Assembly: GCF_009914755.1 (NCBI RefSeq)
Contig: NC_060947.1
Source: the human T2T-CHM13v2.0 reference genome, Homo sapiens
DNA: 64,000 nt
Strand: one strand, 5' to 3'
The notes below the pieces were generated by a model. That model was not told where the DNA came from and did no database searches. It worked only from the letters and a program-made list of their open reading frames with translations. Of this stretch, positions 30,729-46,265 are shown piece by piece. Position numbers and translations under genes: made by a program. Each line of letters opens with the position of its first letter. Position 1 is the stretch's first letter.

Positions 30729-32003
30729 GAAAATAAGTAATGGGAAAAGGACTCTGTATTTAAGACATGATGCTGGGATGGCTGGTTAGCCATATGCAGA
30801 AGAATGCAACTGGACCCCCTCCTTACACCATATACAAAAATTAACTCAAGATGGAATAAAGGTTTAAACATTAGATCTCAAATTATAAGAATCCTATAAG
30901 AAAGCCTAGGAAACACCACTCTGGACATCAGACTTGGGAAAGAATTTATAACTAAGTCCTCAAAAGCAATTATAACAAAACCAAAAATTGACAAGTGGAA
31001 CTTAATTAAACTAAAGAGCTCTTCACAGTGAAAGAATTTATCAACAGAGTAAACAGACAGTCTACAGAATAAGAGAATATATTTGCAAACTATGCATCTG
31101 ACAAAGGTCTAATATTCAGAATCTATAGGGAACTTAAACAATTCAACAAGTCAAAAACAAATAACCCCATCAAAAAAAATGGGCAAAAGACATAAACAGA
31201 CACTACTCAAAAGAAGACATACAAGTGGCCAACAAACATGAAAAAATGCTCCACATCACTCAACATCAGAGAAATGCAAATCAAAACCACAACGAGATAC
31301 CGTCTCACACCATTCATACTGGCTATTATTAAAAAGTCAAAAAAATGACAGATGCTGCTGACGCTGTAGAGAAGAGGGAACTCTGATACACTGTTGCTGG
31401 GAATGCAAATTAGTTCAGCCACAGTGAAACAGTTTGAAGATTTCTCAAAGGACTTAAAACACAACTATCGTTCAACCTAGTGATCCCATTACTGGGCATA
31501 TAGCCCAAATAAAACAAATTGCTTTACTAAAAAACCACATGTATTCTCATCCTCATTTCAGCACTATTCACAATAGCAAAGGTATGAAGTCAGCCTAGGT
31601 GCCCATCAGTGGCAGACTGGAGAAAGAAAATACGGTGCATATACACCATGGAATACTATGCAGCCATAAAAAAGAACAAAATCATGTCCTTTGCAGCAAC
31701 ATGGATGCAGCTGGAGGCCATTATTCTAAGTGAATTAATGCAGAAACACAATACCAAATACCACGTGTTCTCATGTGGAGCTAAACAGTGCGTTGTCATG
31801 GACATAATGATGGCAACAATAGAAACGGAGGACTACTAGAGTGGGGAGGGAGGGAAACAAGGGTTGAAAAACTAACTATTGGTTACTATGCTCAGTACCT
31901 GGGTGACAGTATCATTTGTACTCCAAACCTCGGCATCATGTAATATATCAAGGTAATAAACCTACACATGTACTCCCTGAATCTAAAATCAAAGTTGAAA
32001 AAA
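30729..32003 (+). mobile_element. 5'-truncated L1 (L1PA15/16-like) nested in Tigger1
   Basis: ORF2 C-terminal remnant [32 protein letters not shown]. 3' UTR ends ctgaatctaaaatcaaagttgaaaa. TSD aagtttgccatct (30713-30725 / 32319-32331). Confidence 0.85.
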
Positions 32004-32011
32004 TGTTTGTC

Positions 32012-32317
32012 TTTTTTTTTTTTTCCACACAGGGTCTTGCTCTGTCATTCTGGCTGGAGGGCACTGGAGTGAACATGGCTTACTGCCGCCTTGACCTCCT
32101 GGGCTCAAGTGATCCTCCTGTGTCAGCCTCCCATGCAGCTGGCAGGGCTCCTTACAGCCATGTGCCACCATGCCCAGTTAATTTTTCTACATATATATTT
32201 TAAAGACAGGGTCTCACTTTGTTTCCCAGACTGGTCTCAAACTTCTGGGCTAACACGATCCTCCTGCCTTGGCCTCCCAAAGTGTTAGGATTACAGGTGT
32301 GAGCCACTGCACCCCAC
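32012..32317 (-). mobile_element. AluJ nested at the L1 tail
   Basis: acagggtcttgctctg, ttgacctcctgggctcaagtgatcctcc are AluJ features. Confidence 0.85.
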
Positions 32318-35300
32318 AAAGTTTGCCATCTCATATGAGTGCAGTTCATGACATCTCAAAACAATTACAATAGTAACATCAAAGGTCACTGATCACAGAT
32401 CATAACAAATATAATAATAATAATAATGTTTGAAATATTGAGCAAATTACCAAAACGTGACACAGAGACGTAAAGCGAGCACATGCTGTTGGAAAAATTG
32501 TGCCCGACGGACTTGCTCAATGCAGCCTTGCCACAAACTTTCAATTTACAAAAAGTGAAATATCTGCAAAGTGCAATAAAGTGAAACCCAATAAAACGAG
32601 ATACGCATGTACATATTTGGGGATTATTACTCCTCAATTTTTTCAGTATTAATTTCTTGTTCTACCTTGAATAACATCATTTTGGAATCCTTCGAACTTC
32701 CACTTATCAAGACGAATTCTCTTGTCCCTATTCAGAGGAATCTATACAGCAAATTGAATCATAAGTGTACTAAAATACCAAAGCAGAAGATAAATTACAA
32801 GACATGAATAGTGAAATGTAACTATTTGAGGGCATTATTTGTAATAGTTTGCCTGGTACATACTCCTCCTAATTTTGCATCCTAAAGATACTATCCAAAG
32901 ACTGTAGAAATTCCAGATACAAGAGGCTAGAGTTGACAGGTAATTAAGCTTTGGTCAATCAAAGAGCTAGAAAATATTTATTGAAATAATTGTATGCATA
33001 ACACATCACAGTAGGGAATGTGCCTCATGGATGACATGAAAGAGACTCTCTAGTGAAATAATTGAACTTGTGATGAACTTTCAATGCAGTTGGGGAGGTG
33101 ACCTTCAGGCCAGCCCATGCATGCTCGCACACGCAGTTACCCAATAATAGAAGACAATATGTAAATGACAAACGTAATAGTCTACAGACCACATATCCTA
33201 CCCTAATGGGATTCTGAGAGATGGGATTTTATATGGGACCAGGTTCAGGGAAGGTGCCATAGAGGAACAGCAACATGAACTGTAACTTAGAGGATGAACT
33301 CAATTAATAATGACCTAATGGGAGAAGGAATTTCAGGACAAGGAGTAGCTTTAAAACTAAAGTGTAGAAGTCAGAATACAGCAGAGTGGTTGAGAAAGAG
33401 TGGGAAGGGCAGCTGTGTAATTAGTTAGCAGAATTACGATGGCTGTGATCAAGTTGAGAAGGGAAGCTGGGGCCAGAATGTGAGGGCTCAGAACACTAGA
33501 TGCCCAAATAAGGACATCATGTTGAAGGCCATGGGAAATCATCAGAGGTTTGAGAGCAGAAGAATGCCACAATAAAAGTGGCATGTTAGAAATATTAACC
33601 TCGTACAACTGCATCCAATGTCCCTTCCAAGAAAGAAATGGAAAATTAAATTGCAGTAACCCAAGAAAAGCCTCTTGTATCTCCTCTTTGATTAAATGTC
33701 CTGTCATGAAAACATGTAAAACATTTCTAATTTACCTTCATGCATCTTTTTAAGAAGAATATAATAACTCCACTGCACACAAGGAACATAAATTCAACCC
33801 CATTGCTTGTAAAAACTGTCCCAAAGAATTATTAAACAAATTTGCTGATTCTACTTGTAATATTATATTTTACTATATAGGGGTAAAAAGGGATTGTAGT
33901 TTCAGTTTAGAAAAAAGGTAAACATTCAGAATGTTTTGTTAAATTCTTACATTCCTACTCTAAAGGATAAACAGAGACTTTCAGAGTGTGAGAAGAAATT
34001 GAGATCTCTCTGGAAATACAACTTCAAGGATTATTATCAGTGATAAGAAGTATTAACATATGTTATGATGTCACATTTTGTGAATATAACTTTTCAATGC
34101 CCTTAATACGCATTGCTGCATTAGACCTGATATTTTTCTTTGGGAAATAAGTCTTTAGGTAGTACTCCTATTTCTAGGAAAGGAGTACTGGGGTATTGTG
34201 CTCATCTGTTCAAAAATAAAAGTCAAAGCTAACAAAACATTTGTTAAAAATGCATTCAACCTTTTCACGTTTTAAAAACATTTTGAAGATATTATTCATT
34301 TAAGTACTGAAACAAAACCATGCTTTTTATTTCTAACGGCAGCCATCAATAAACTGAGGCAAAGCAAGAGATGTTACCATTCGCTGATACTACCTGTAGA
34401 TGGGAAGTGAAGTGAAGAAATGAGTGATTATCTAGAGGCGATTACACTCATGAACACAGTTAATCAGAATAATTCAAGCCCCCTAACCCTCTTCTGCTGT
34501 CTTCACATGGTAGATGTGAAATTTGAATTATCAAAATAATTGGCACAGCTGTTCAATTCATGTTTCCCATATAGGGATAGAATCAGGCTCAGTTTATTCA
34601 GCTATAAAGTGGAGATAATTACATTCATATAAACCACTCTTGTGTGATTAAAGCAATGAATCTATTTATAAGAATTCAAATACCTTAGGTAGAAATTAGT
34701 CAAATATGGCTAGTCCAGGTTTCTTTACAGTAACAGCAATTAAGACATATGTTATATAGAATATATTTAATCCATGAGGTTTCAGCCTTCTGATTTTGCC
34801 AAATTCTGAGTGCTACAAAGTGAAGATACATATGGATGGTGAACAACCATGTGTTCACCTTAAACAATGCTATATTAATGGCTTGGAAATCCTTGTGAGT
34901 TTTACAAATAAGTGTGAAACAGGAGTGCATGTGTGTATGTGTGCATGTGTCTGTGAGCACTCACACAGACAACATCCGAATGGAGAAGAGAGGTATGAAT
35001 AAATATATATCCTAAATTTGCATCAAAATGGTGTAATGGTTACCTTTGGACGTACATATAAGGGGAAAAAGTGCTTAACAACTAGGTCTCATTCTTCAAA
35101 ATAAACAACATCCTTTGTACATTTTCTCAGCAGTTGTCTGGGAGATCAACATTAATCTATTTCTTCTCAGAACTTATATGACTGGGAAAAAGATAAAAAT
35201 CTGCCCTTGATTGGGTGCTATGTGTTTAAGCTCTGGTTTAGCTGTAAATCATTTGTGAAGATCATTTCTTGGTAGGTGAGTGGAATTGCTATTATAGAGT

Positions 35301-37259
35301 GTTAATATACTTGCAGTGAAGTGTTGCTGGGGGTAGGAGGTGTTAGACATTGATCAGGAGCTTAAGAGATGAGCTATTTATTTTTGCTGTTGTAAGAGCA
35401 AATTTCTATAATAAAACAATGATTCTGCTTCTCTGTCAAAAAACACCATTTTATGACATGAAAGCTCTCTTCAGTAAACAAAGAACAGACTGTTATTGGA
35501 GAACGTAAAAATTACAATAGAATATATTTCCCTATAGGAGCACAGTGGCCTTTAACTCAGCTGGAACTTACAGTATGACAGCTTTTAAAGGAAGGGACAT
35601 ATTCTATGGGGAGGATTTTAGACATACTTGTCTATTCCCTAGGCCGTACTAATTCTTATCATATAAAAATGGGTCTACATTAGCACATGGTGCCAGTATA
35701 TCACACACTTGCACTGCGGCATGAAAGGAGCCCAGCTTGAGGGGGAGAACTGCTTTCTGTGGCATAGTTCCAAGCAAACACATGGCACAAATGAAGCCGA
35801 TTCTGAGGAATATGGAAACTTTATGTACTGTTTGATAGGGAAATGTGCACAGCTTCTAAACGGTGAGCTTCTAGTTCTGCTCCAAGAACAAGTACAATCA
35901 ATTCTTAAGTGGTTTCTGTAATGTTGTGTTCCTAACCGAGCTGTTTACATTATAGGGAAGTGTTAAGTTTAATTTTCTGTTTTATTAGGCAGGTTTCTCA
36001 TTATGAACAATAATTTCAATACCTTTTAAGTAATTTAAAAATAAGCAGTAATCCCTGCAGAAAGGCTGCAGTACCATTTCTCTAGTGATTCCTTTTTCTG
36101 TGTTTTATTTGTATAAGGTGAGCAAAATTGCTTATTCTTTGTTGCCTCAGAGACTTTAGTGGCATGAGGCTAGGCAGAGACAAAAACTGATAATCATAAA
36201 TAAATCAACACTATTGGGTGGTTCCAATATCCAATATCTCAATGTTCTCTGCCCTTTGTCTCTTTCTGCTATATTAATGATCTGTCTTAATTTTACAAGT
36301 TTTCTGTAAGATAGTAGACAGAATAGGTGTTACTGAGGTGAAGGCTTCAATCCAAACTACAAAACTAGGTAGCCTAGAGGCAACAGCTAATTCCATGCTT
36401 TTGGTTCACAAAGGAATGCTAATACACACAAGTAATAACAAAACAAACTCACAGTACATGTGCTACTGAAGAGGTGTTGGGAGCATTAAATATTCGTACA
36501 AAGGGCAGCACAAAATGGGAGGTTAAAAAATTAAGCAACATTAGGAACCTGAGAGATGCAACTAATTAACCAGTTTGGCCTTAATAAATATCCATGCTGT
36601 AATATTTTAATAGTAATATCTGCCCCTAATATCTATCCATTTATGTAATATTCCCCATTACTATCTACTCAAATGTTCTGCTACACTTTCTCGTAAAGGT
36701 CAGTGACTCTCCACTGCCTTACAATTCAAACTCCTACAGCGTAGCAATTACTACAACAAGAGTAATAACTAGTTATTGTGCTTTTCCTATGTGCTAGATA
36801 TTGCACATGGGATGGATTTGATTTGTAATTATGTGCTAGATATTGTACATAGGAAAAGCACAATATATATTAACTTACAGACACCATTTGAGGTAGGTTA
36901 ATAATGACCACCCCTCAATGGTTCTGTACTTACACCCTTTTATAGACAAGGAAAATGAAGCACGGAATGAAGCATAATTTGCCCAAGGTCACAAAGCTAA
37001 AAGGTGGTGAAGGTGGAATAAAATGGCCCATATCCTCCTTTTCCAGTGTTTTTCTCTTTTACATCGTAACTACAATTTCGTAAGCAGCTATAATGTAGCC
37101 GAAGCTGGGCTAGATGCTTTATAGTCATCATTTAATCCCAACAACAACTCTACCTAGCTGGGTACTATATTCATTTTTTTACACATGAGGAAATAAGCAC
37201 AGAAAAGATTACCAACTTCCCCAAAGACAGCCAGCCAGTTAGGATCAGGATAGCATTTG

Positions 37260-39403
<2,144 letters not shown>

Positions 39404-39919
39404 AGGATAGCATTTGAACTCAGGTCTTTCTGACTCCTAAGTCTAGCCCTGTCCACATGTCATAAGGTCTCTTCCCAAGCAACTCTGCTTCCTATTCTAA
39501 CACTTATTCCTTACTTTCCTGCCTCTGTGACTCTGGTTCTCATGCCACCAAATCCATCAACACTTCCTTGCAGTCCTGTTTCTAAAATAGAATTCAGTGG
39601 GTTAAACAAATCATGATTTTAAAAAGCAGAAGGGAAAACTACACAATTGGCTTGCTTCTCCTCATCTTTCTCTAACTTCATTTCCAGCTGGACACTTTTC
39701 CCTTTTTGTTCTGCTTTATTATTATTTCACACAAATACATTCAGATTTGTCACCTTTTGTTCTAATGCTGGAAATACAAATTCATATGGCTAAAACGGAG
39801 TGGACCATGACATTGCCCCCAGACCCCACTTTTATTCCTTGTAATTAAGAAAAAATAAACCTTAATAAGAAGCTTGTATTAAAATTGTGCAAAGTTAGTC
39901 ATTACTAAATGTTCATGGC

Positions 39920-40425
39920 TGTATTAGCTGCCTGTGGCTGTTGTAACAAATGATTACAGACTTAATGGCTTAAAACAACCCAAATTTATTATCTTACAAT
40001 TTTGGAGGTCCAAAGTCCAAAAAATGGGTCTCACAAGCTAGAAACAATGTGTTGGCAGAGCTTGCATTCCCTCTAAGGGATGTAGGGGAGGATTCTTTTC
40101 CATGCCTTTTCCAGCTTTTAGAGCCTGCCTGCATTTCTTGGCTCTTGGCCCTGTCCTTCATCTTCAATGCCAGTAGTGTAGCATCTTCCAATCTCTCTTT
40201 TACTCTGCTTGTATCATCACCTCCTTCTCTCTTAGGAGGACTCTTGTGATTACATTGGGCGCACTGGGGTAACCCAGGCTATCTCTCCGTGTCAAGATTT
40301 TTAACTTAACCACATCTGTTAATACAAAGCCTTTTGCCATGTAAGGTAACATATTCACAGGTTCCTGGGATTAGGATATGGACATCTTTGGCGGGGGAGG
40401 AGTGGGCATTATTAAACCTTTCACA
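39920..40425 (-). mobile_element. MaLR solo LTR (MLT1B/C-like)
   Basis: tgtattag...gtaacaaat...ggcttaaaacaac...attcacaggttcctgggattagga...caca. Flanks atggc / atggt. Confidence 0.8.
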
Positions 40426-43400
40426 ATGGTTCTGCATTTACTTAGCATGAGAAGCTGTTTGTCACAATGTGACATACTGACATACTTCTTCGGGTGGGTT
40501 CGGTACTATGTGTCATCGACAAGAGTTACAGTATCTCACAATCTAGAAAGCACAGGAGGCAAAAAAGCAAACAAAAAACAACCAGTCATACCAGGCTCCT
40601 GTGTCCTTGTGGCAGACATGGTTTAACCAAAGGCCTCCGGAAGTGGGAAAGGTGTATTGTTGGGTCTCTTTCACCCTGTAACCAAAAGACCATTTGAATT
40701 GAGGTGGAAACTGGAGTTCACAAAAGCGTTACATTAAAAAAATAATAATAAACTGTGACTCCCTGAGGAAATCACAGTGTTTCTGTTTGGTGACAAGCTG
40801 CTCTTCAGGAATGAATCCTATAAGAATTTCAGATAAAGCTCTTATCTTTTGGGGAGTGAAGGCTGCAGGAAAGGCTAGGGTATTGCCTTCTGGGATGCAG
40901 AAAAACCATCTTCCCCTTAGCTCAGCTTTGTTCATTCAACTTAGTTCTTCCCCTCCACACCCACTCATAAACATTAAGCCTTCTTCCCAGCTGTCTTCCT
41001 CTCTCTTTTTCATTTTTAAACTTCATCTACTTTTTGAATTCTTTTCTCTGCAACAACTACTACTAAAATCTGAAAGCTTCTTCTATTGTTACCATGGAGA
41101 GGGCAATTTTCTCAACAAGTAAAGGAGGTGGTGCAGAGGGAGAGGGAAGAACTACATATGAAAATTGAAAGTTAGCCTCTGTGTCTTTTCAACAACATCA
41201 AATTAAATCTTTTCACTTCCATACACAAAACAACAGGAACACACAGTGGGTGGCAAATTCAGCCCAGGGATGTGAATGAATCAGTAGGCTTTGTGATAAT
41301 ATGCTGGGGGTGTGAGGGAGGTGGCGAGGCAGCCCCTCAATCCTAAAACAGAAAAGTAATGAACAATGATAACTGATATAGACAATTACTCTGCAGTTGT
41401 TTGAATATATGCTGCTTTCTATCATTTTCAGGTAAATGACCTTCAGAATGGCAGTAGATGGATTTCTAAGAAATCATGAAATACAAACATGTAGACAAAC
41501 AAAGCAGGCAGAAGGAAGTAATAAGTTTAAAAAATGAAGTGCTATAAGAACTGAGAGAGAAAGATTATCAATCCTCCCTTTTTCTTTCTTCTATTCTTCT
41601 CTATACAAGTTATGAAGTGGAAGAAAATACAAATATAAAATCATCTGATGGTGAAACATCAGTGAGATTTTAATTATATCTAGATTTTTTAAATCTCAAA
41701 CTAGGAAAAATCTGCTGATTCACAAACATGAAAATATTTTAAAAGATCAGAGATATATTAATTCTCATGTTCTAATTCTCCTGACATGAACCATATATAT
41801 GCTTTATTCTTTCTGATGATTCTGAGAAAAATCAAATTCTGAATTTTTAAAATGATGATGTTGCCCAAATTGTAATAAATCACCATATTTTCCAAAGAAA
41901 AATTCTACACAATTCCTGTACATAAATTTTGTGTGGAAAGGCTTGTATCATAAGAATAATCAAAGGAAAAGAACTGCAAACTAGTAGAAGCATAAATTTA
42001 AAATGTTGCTGATGATGACATCGAGTAAAGATTTGAAGTGTTAAGTAGCATGTTAACCAACTTTTTCTATGATCCTCTTCCCCTTCTCAATACCCACTCT
42101 AGCTTTTAAAAACACAATGAGATTGTTTTCTACAGCACAATGATGAACATTTCAGGTGTATAAAAAATATAAAGAAAAGATTACAAGTGAAGTCTATGGC
42201 ATGGCTGTACTAATCCACACACACGTACGCTCGGCAGTGTAAAAGTTACCTCACTGATTTGCTTGAATTAACAATTTAAAATAAAATTTTATACTGAATT
42301 AATGTTTATTTTTATAAAATAGCAGTGTTATTAGAAAGATTTCTGACAAGTAGTGTACGATTACAAATATCATCTACCTTGGAGTTACCATGAAATTAGG
42401 AGGGTAAAAATAGTAAATAAAGATCCTATTCTAGACATCTGGCCTATATGCAGACAACCAGGCAGCACAAACTCAAGAGTCCGCTTGTAATTGCTTTTGA
42501 ATTCAGAGAAAATTAATGGTAAGTTGGTTGGTTTACAACACACAATTCTCTTATTTGCAAAGCAAAACTGAAAAATACAGATAGATAGCCAGGCAGGGAA
42601 AAAGAGAGAGAGACAGACTGACTCATTAAAAGAGAGAGAGAGAGACACTGACTCTGATTTATAGGATACTTGCTTATCTATTCCTGTTAGAATTTTCTGC
42701 TTGCCACTTCACATAGTATCAAGAAAACGAATGTATTACCCCCAAATTACAGACTATTAAATAAAGATAAAAACTAAGATGATTTTCATGAGAAGTAAAC
42801 AATAAGCTTTTTACACAGCACAAACTGAGGATTTCATTACACAAAGTTATGGGAAAAGCTACATATTGATATCTTTGTTATTGTGAATATCTCAGTTATT
42901 GTGAATCTGTAAATTCCATGCCCTATTACCCCCATACAAGCCAGGGAGATGTACTCGTATAATAGCATTTCACTCATGATTGAATTGACACCAAATGGTT
43001 GCCTCTTTGCAATATATACAAAGAAATTTTTAGTTGTGGGCTTTGTGTTTTGTTTTGTAGTTAGACCGCTAAAAATAATCAAATGTCTGATATAGTTAAG
43101 CCATAAAGATGAAAGAAGTGTCTCACTTAAAATATTTATTAATTACATATGTTTTTATATCTATAATATACTTATATTCTGATGTGCAGGAACTCAGTTA
43201 CTTAAGTCAGGAATTCACGTGGGGATAGAGTTAGAATTTAATCAGAAAGGCCAGTCTCCTGGGGTGGGTTCTACCAGCATTTGAACTATTTTTTATCACA
43301 GTCAACACTAGAGGCCTTGCTAATGAGCAAAATGAATATTAGAAATGAGTTTTCACTTATGAGATTAGTGTTACTTAAGATACATGCTTTGGTTAAAATA

Positions 43401-44603
43401 TTTGAGAGCAATTCCTCATCTCTAGCTTGCTAGGTATAAAAATATAGTAAGTTATGGAACCTGTATTCTTTGGAATGGTGCCCAAGATTTAATGCCTAAA
43501 CTATGCTTTGTTTCCACATTGAATCCGAAGATTCTAGTTGTCTGATGCCTTCTCTAAGGTTAACTGCATCCTGCCTCTAGATTCTGGAATATTCTCATGT
43601 CTCCCTTGATTGAACCTTTTATACGGAGTATGACAACACCTGAGAGTGAGGGTATGGGAGTGTAGCTAACCTTTACCTATTATACTAAAGTTTTGCTGTG
43701 GTTATCTACCAAAAATAACCTAATAGTTGGCCTTGCATAATAGTGTTGATCTAGGGCAATTCATAACACCACGTAAGCCACAAATTTTAAAATAACCTCC
43801 ACTATAAGGAAGTGTAACCAACTCCTTACATTCAACAATACATTTGACTTTATTCTTGGAGTATATTATTACATTTTTCTTTTTATTTCCTCATGGTTAT
43901 ATTTGTTATAAAGCATGGTTTTATAACTAGGTCGTTAAAGATCTTTAAAGATTGTGTTATTTTTTGCATACTATTACTATCATATGAATAATTTCACAAT
44001 CTTGCCTTGTCTTTCATCTTGAGGCACCTATTCACATAATTATTTTTTCACAGTCCAAACAATAACCAGGCCTTGTAATTTAGTTATGAAATAAAAAGGC
44101 TGGTATTTACATAATCGTCTTATGAGTTATGCATGTGCAAGAAATGTTCTGCATGTTTGTGTGCGTGAGAGAGACACAGAGAGAGAGAGAGAGATTGAGA
44201 GTAAGCCCGATCATTATTGAGGGGTGTAAGAAATTACTTTATGGAGATGCAAAAACCTGGGGTTCAGATACGAGACTGCGGTGAGATCATTTCCTCCCAC
44301 CCTCTGGGGGCTCATCTGAGCTGCCAAAATATTCTCCTCTCTGACATTTTTATCTTGGCTCTTCGACAAGTTCTCAGTTGCCTGCTCAAGATTCATATTC
44401 TCTATTATTTCTTCCCTGGGTATCTATTTTCACAGAATAGTTGAAGACTCATAATAAAGCCTATTTTAATGTATCATTTTTCCTAAGCAAATCCATTTCA
44501 ATCTCCACTGTTTTTATTTGCCAAACATGTCCTAAATACTAATTATAAACGCAGCTCAATGCAGTTTATTATGTTTCCACGTATTTATACCATATATGTT
44601 ATT

Positions 44604-44661
44604 CGTGTATGTGTACACACACACACACACACACACACACGCGCATGCACGCGCACATATG
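44604..44661. repeat. Alternating purine-pyrimidine tract with (AC)n core and CG steps
   Basis: Seen directly. Confidence 0.85.
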
Positions 44662-45489
44662 GTTTGTTGCCAATAAACCTGTGATAGAATCTGGCACTTA
44701 TCAATGGCATTGCCTTGGGCAAGTCACTTAACCTCTCTGAGTTTCTCCCTTTCAAAACAAGAAAAACGCCAGTTAGCTTGTACCACTTTTGAGAGGATTA
44801 GAAATATTGAATATGATATGCATAGCACAATGCCTGGTATATACTAGAAATTAATGCATGGTAAGCATCATGAATTTTATGGTAGTATATATGACCTAAC
44901 ATTTTGGGCCAAAAGGAAGTGTTTGAAGGCAATTTGGTCAAAGCCAAACACTGTATGTTTAAATAATGATGGTTGGGCAACAATGCTATGTCTTTAAGCA
45001 TTTCTTTCCATTTTTCAAAATCTGCTCTTTCTTATTCACAATTATTTCTACTATTTAATATTTTAATGGGAAGAGTTGGATAAACCTAAATGTGCAGCAT
45101 TGGGATTCTTTTCATAGTGATCACTTAAAGTTTGTTTTGCTTTTTTTTTTTACCTTATATCAAGAAATAATATATAACCAATACATAATTATATGAAAAC
45201 ATCGATCTTTAAAATAGCATAAATAACATCAACAATCCTTCCCTATGTGTATATAAAATATTCATAGATATATATGTGGTGTGTGTTTCTAAAAGTAATA
45301 TATGTGTGTTTGGGTATATAATAAATATTGCAACAAAAACAATATCATGTAGTACATACTGGTTTGAAGGTGCTCTCCTCACTATACTCCAATTTACACA
45401 CCACAATCTATTTCAGCATCCCACTAAATTTTGGGCAATTTAATTTTTTCCTGCTAGTCCCTATTTGAAATAATGAGCTTATCTGTAGT

Positions 45490-46265
45490 GAAAAGCTGTA
45501 AATATGCTGCCTAGATTCCCCTTTGGAAATGAAGGACTTAGTTCCCCAGCTGCTAGGAGTGCTGCTGGTAGACAGCCTTCAGCTGTCAGCCCTTGTCTTA
45601 GTCTGGGCCGCTATAGCTAAATACCTTAGACTGGGTAATTTATAAACAACAGAATTTATTGCTTATAGTTCTGGAGGCTGGGAATTCCAAGATCAAGACA
45701 TCAGCAGATTCATTGTCTGGTGAGGGCCCACTCCTGTTAAATGGCATCTTCGGTGTGTCCTTACATGGTGGGAGGGCAAGGAAGCTTTCTGGAGCCGCTT
45801 TTATAAGGGCACTGATCCTGTTTCTGAAGGCAGAGCCCGCATGACCTAATCACCCCCCCAAACCCCCACCTTCTAATACCATCACCTTGAGTGTTAGGTT
45901 TCAACATACACATTTTGGAGGGACAAAAACATTCAGACCATAGCAGCCCCCTTATGGAAATTCCCGTGGCTAAAGAGAATCATCTTGCTAAAGTTCGTTG
46001 CCTTCCTGGAGTAGCCCACATCCAGTGCATGACTTGACACGGGGTTATAAAGATCCAGTCCCCTTTCTTCGTTTCCTAGCACTTCTGAAGGGTCATTCCA
46101 GCTTAAGAACTCCCTGAACGGTCAGCTGAGGCCCTTACTAAGACTGCGTCAGAGCTCAACTTCTCCCTCTGCCCCTACACGTTGACCCCAAGAACACTCC
46201 TAAATAGACATACTGCATGCTCACCTCAATCTCAGGGTATGCTTCCCAGTCACCCAAACTATGAT
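45490..46265 (+). mobile_element. LTR16C-like ERVL LTR split by a MaLR LTR
   Basis: ccccagctgctaggagtgctgc...cagctgtcagccc and actgcatgctcacctcaatctcagggtatgcttccca. Confidence 0.55.
45594..45945 (-). mobile_element. MaLR solo LTR (MLT1A/MST-like)
   Basis: tgtcttagtc...tagttctggaggctgggaattccaagatcaag...cattcagaccatagca. 5-bp TSD gccct / gcccc. Confidence 0.8.

Larger units (their letters stand above)
28606..32609 (-). mobile_element. Full-length Tigger1 (Tc1/mariner-pogo) DNA transposon fossil, interrupted at about 30729-32334
   Basis: Degenerate terminal inverted repeats with TA on both sides (28604-28605, 32610-32611). Broken transposase fragments, e.g. FKILLLFDNVPGHPRAL...PANTTSILQSLDQEV. 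About 2.4 kb after removing the inserts. Confidence 0.88.
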
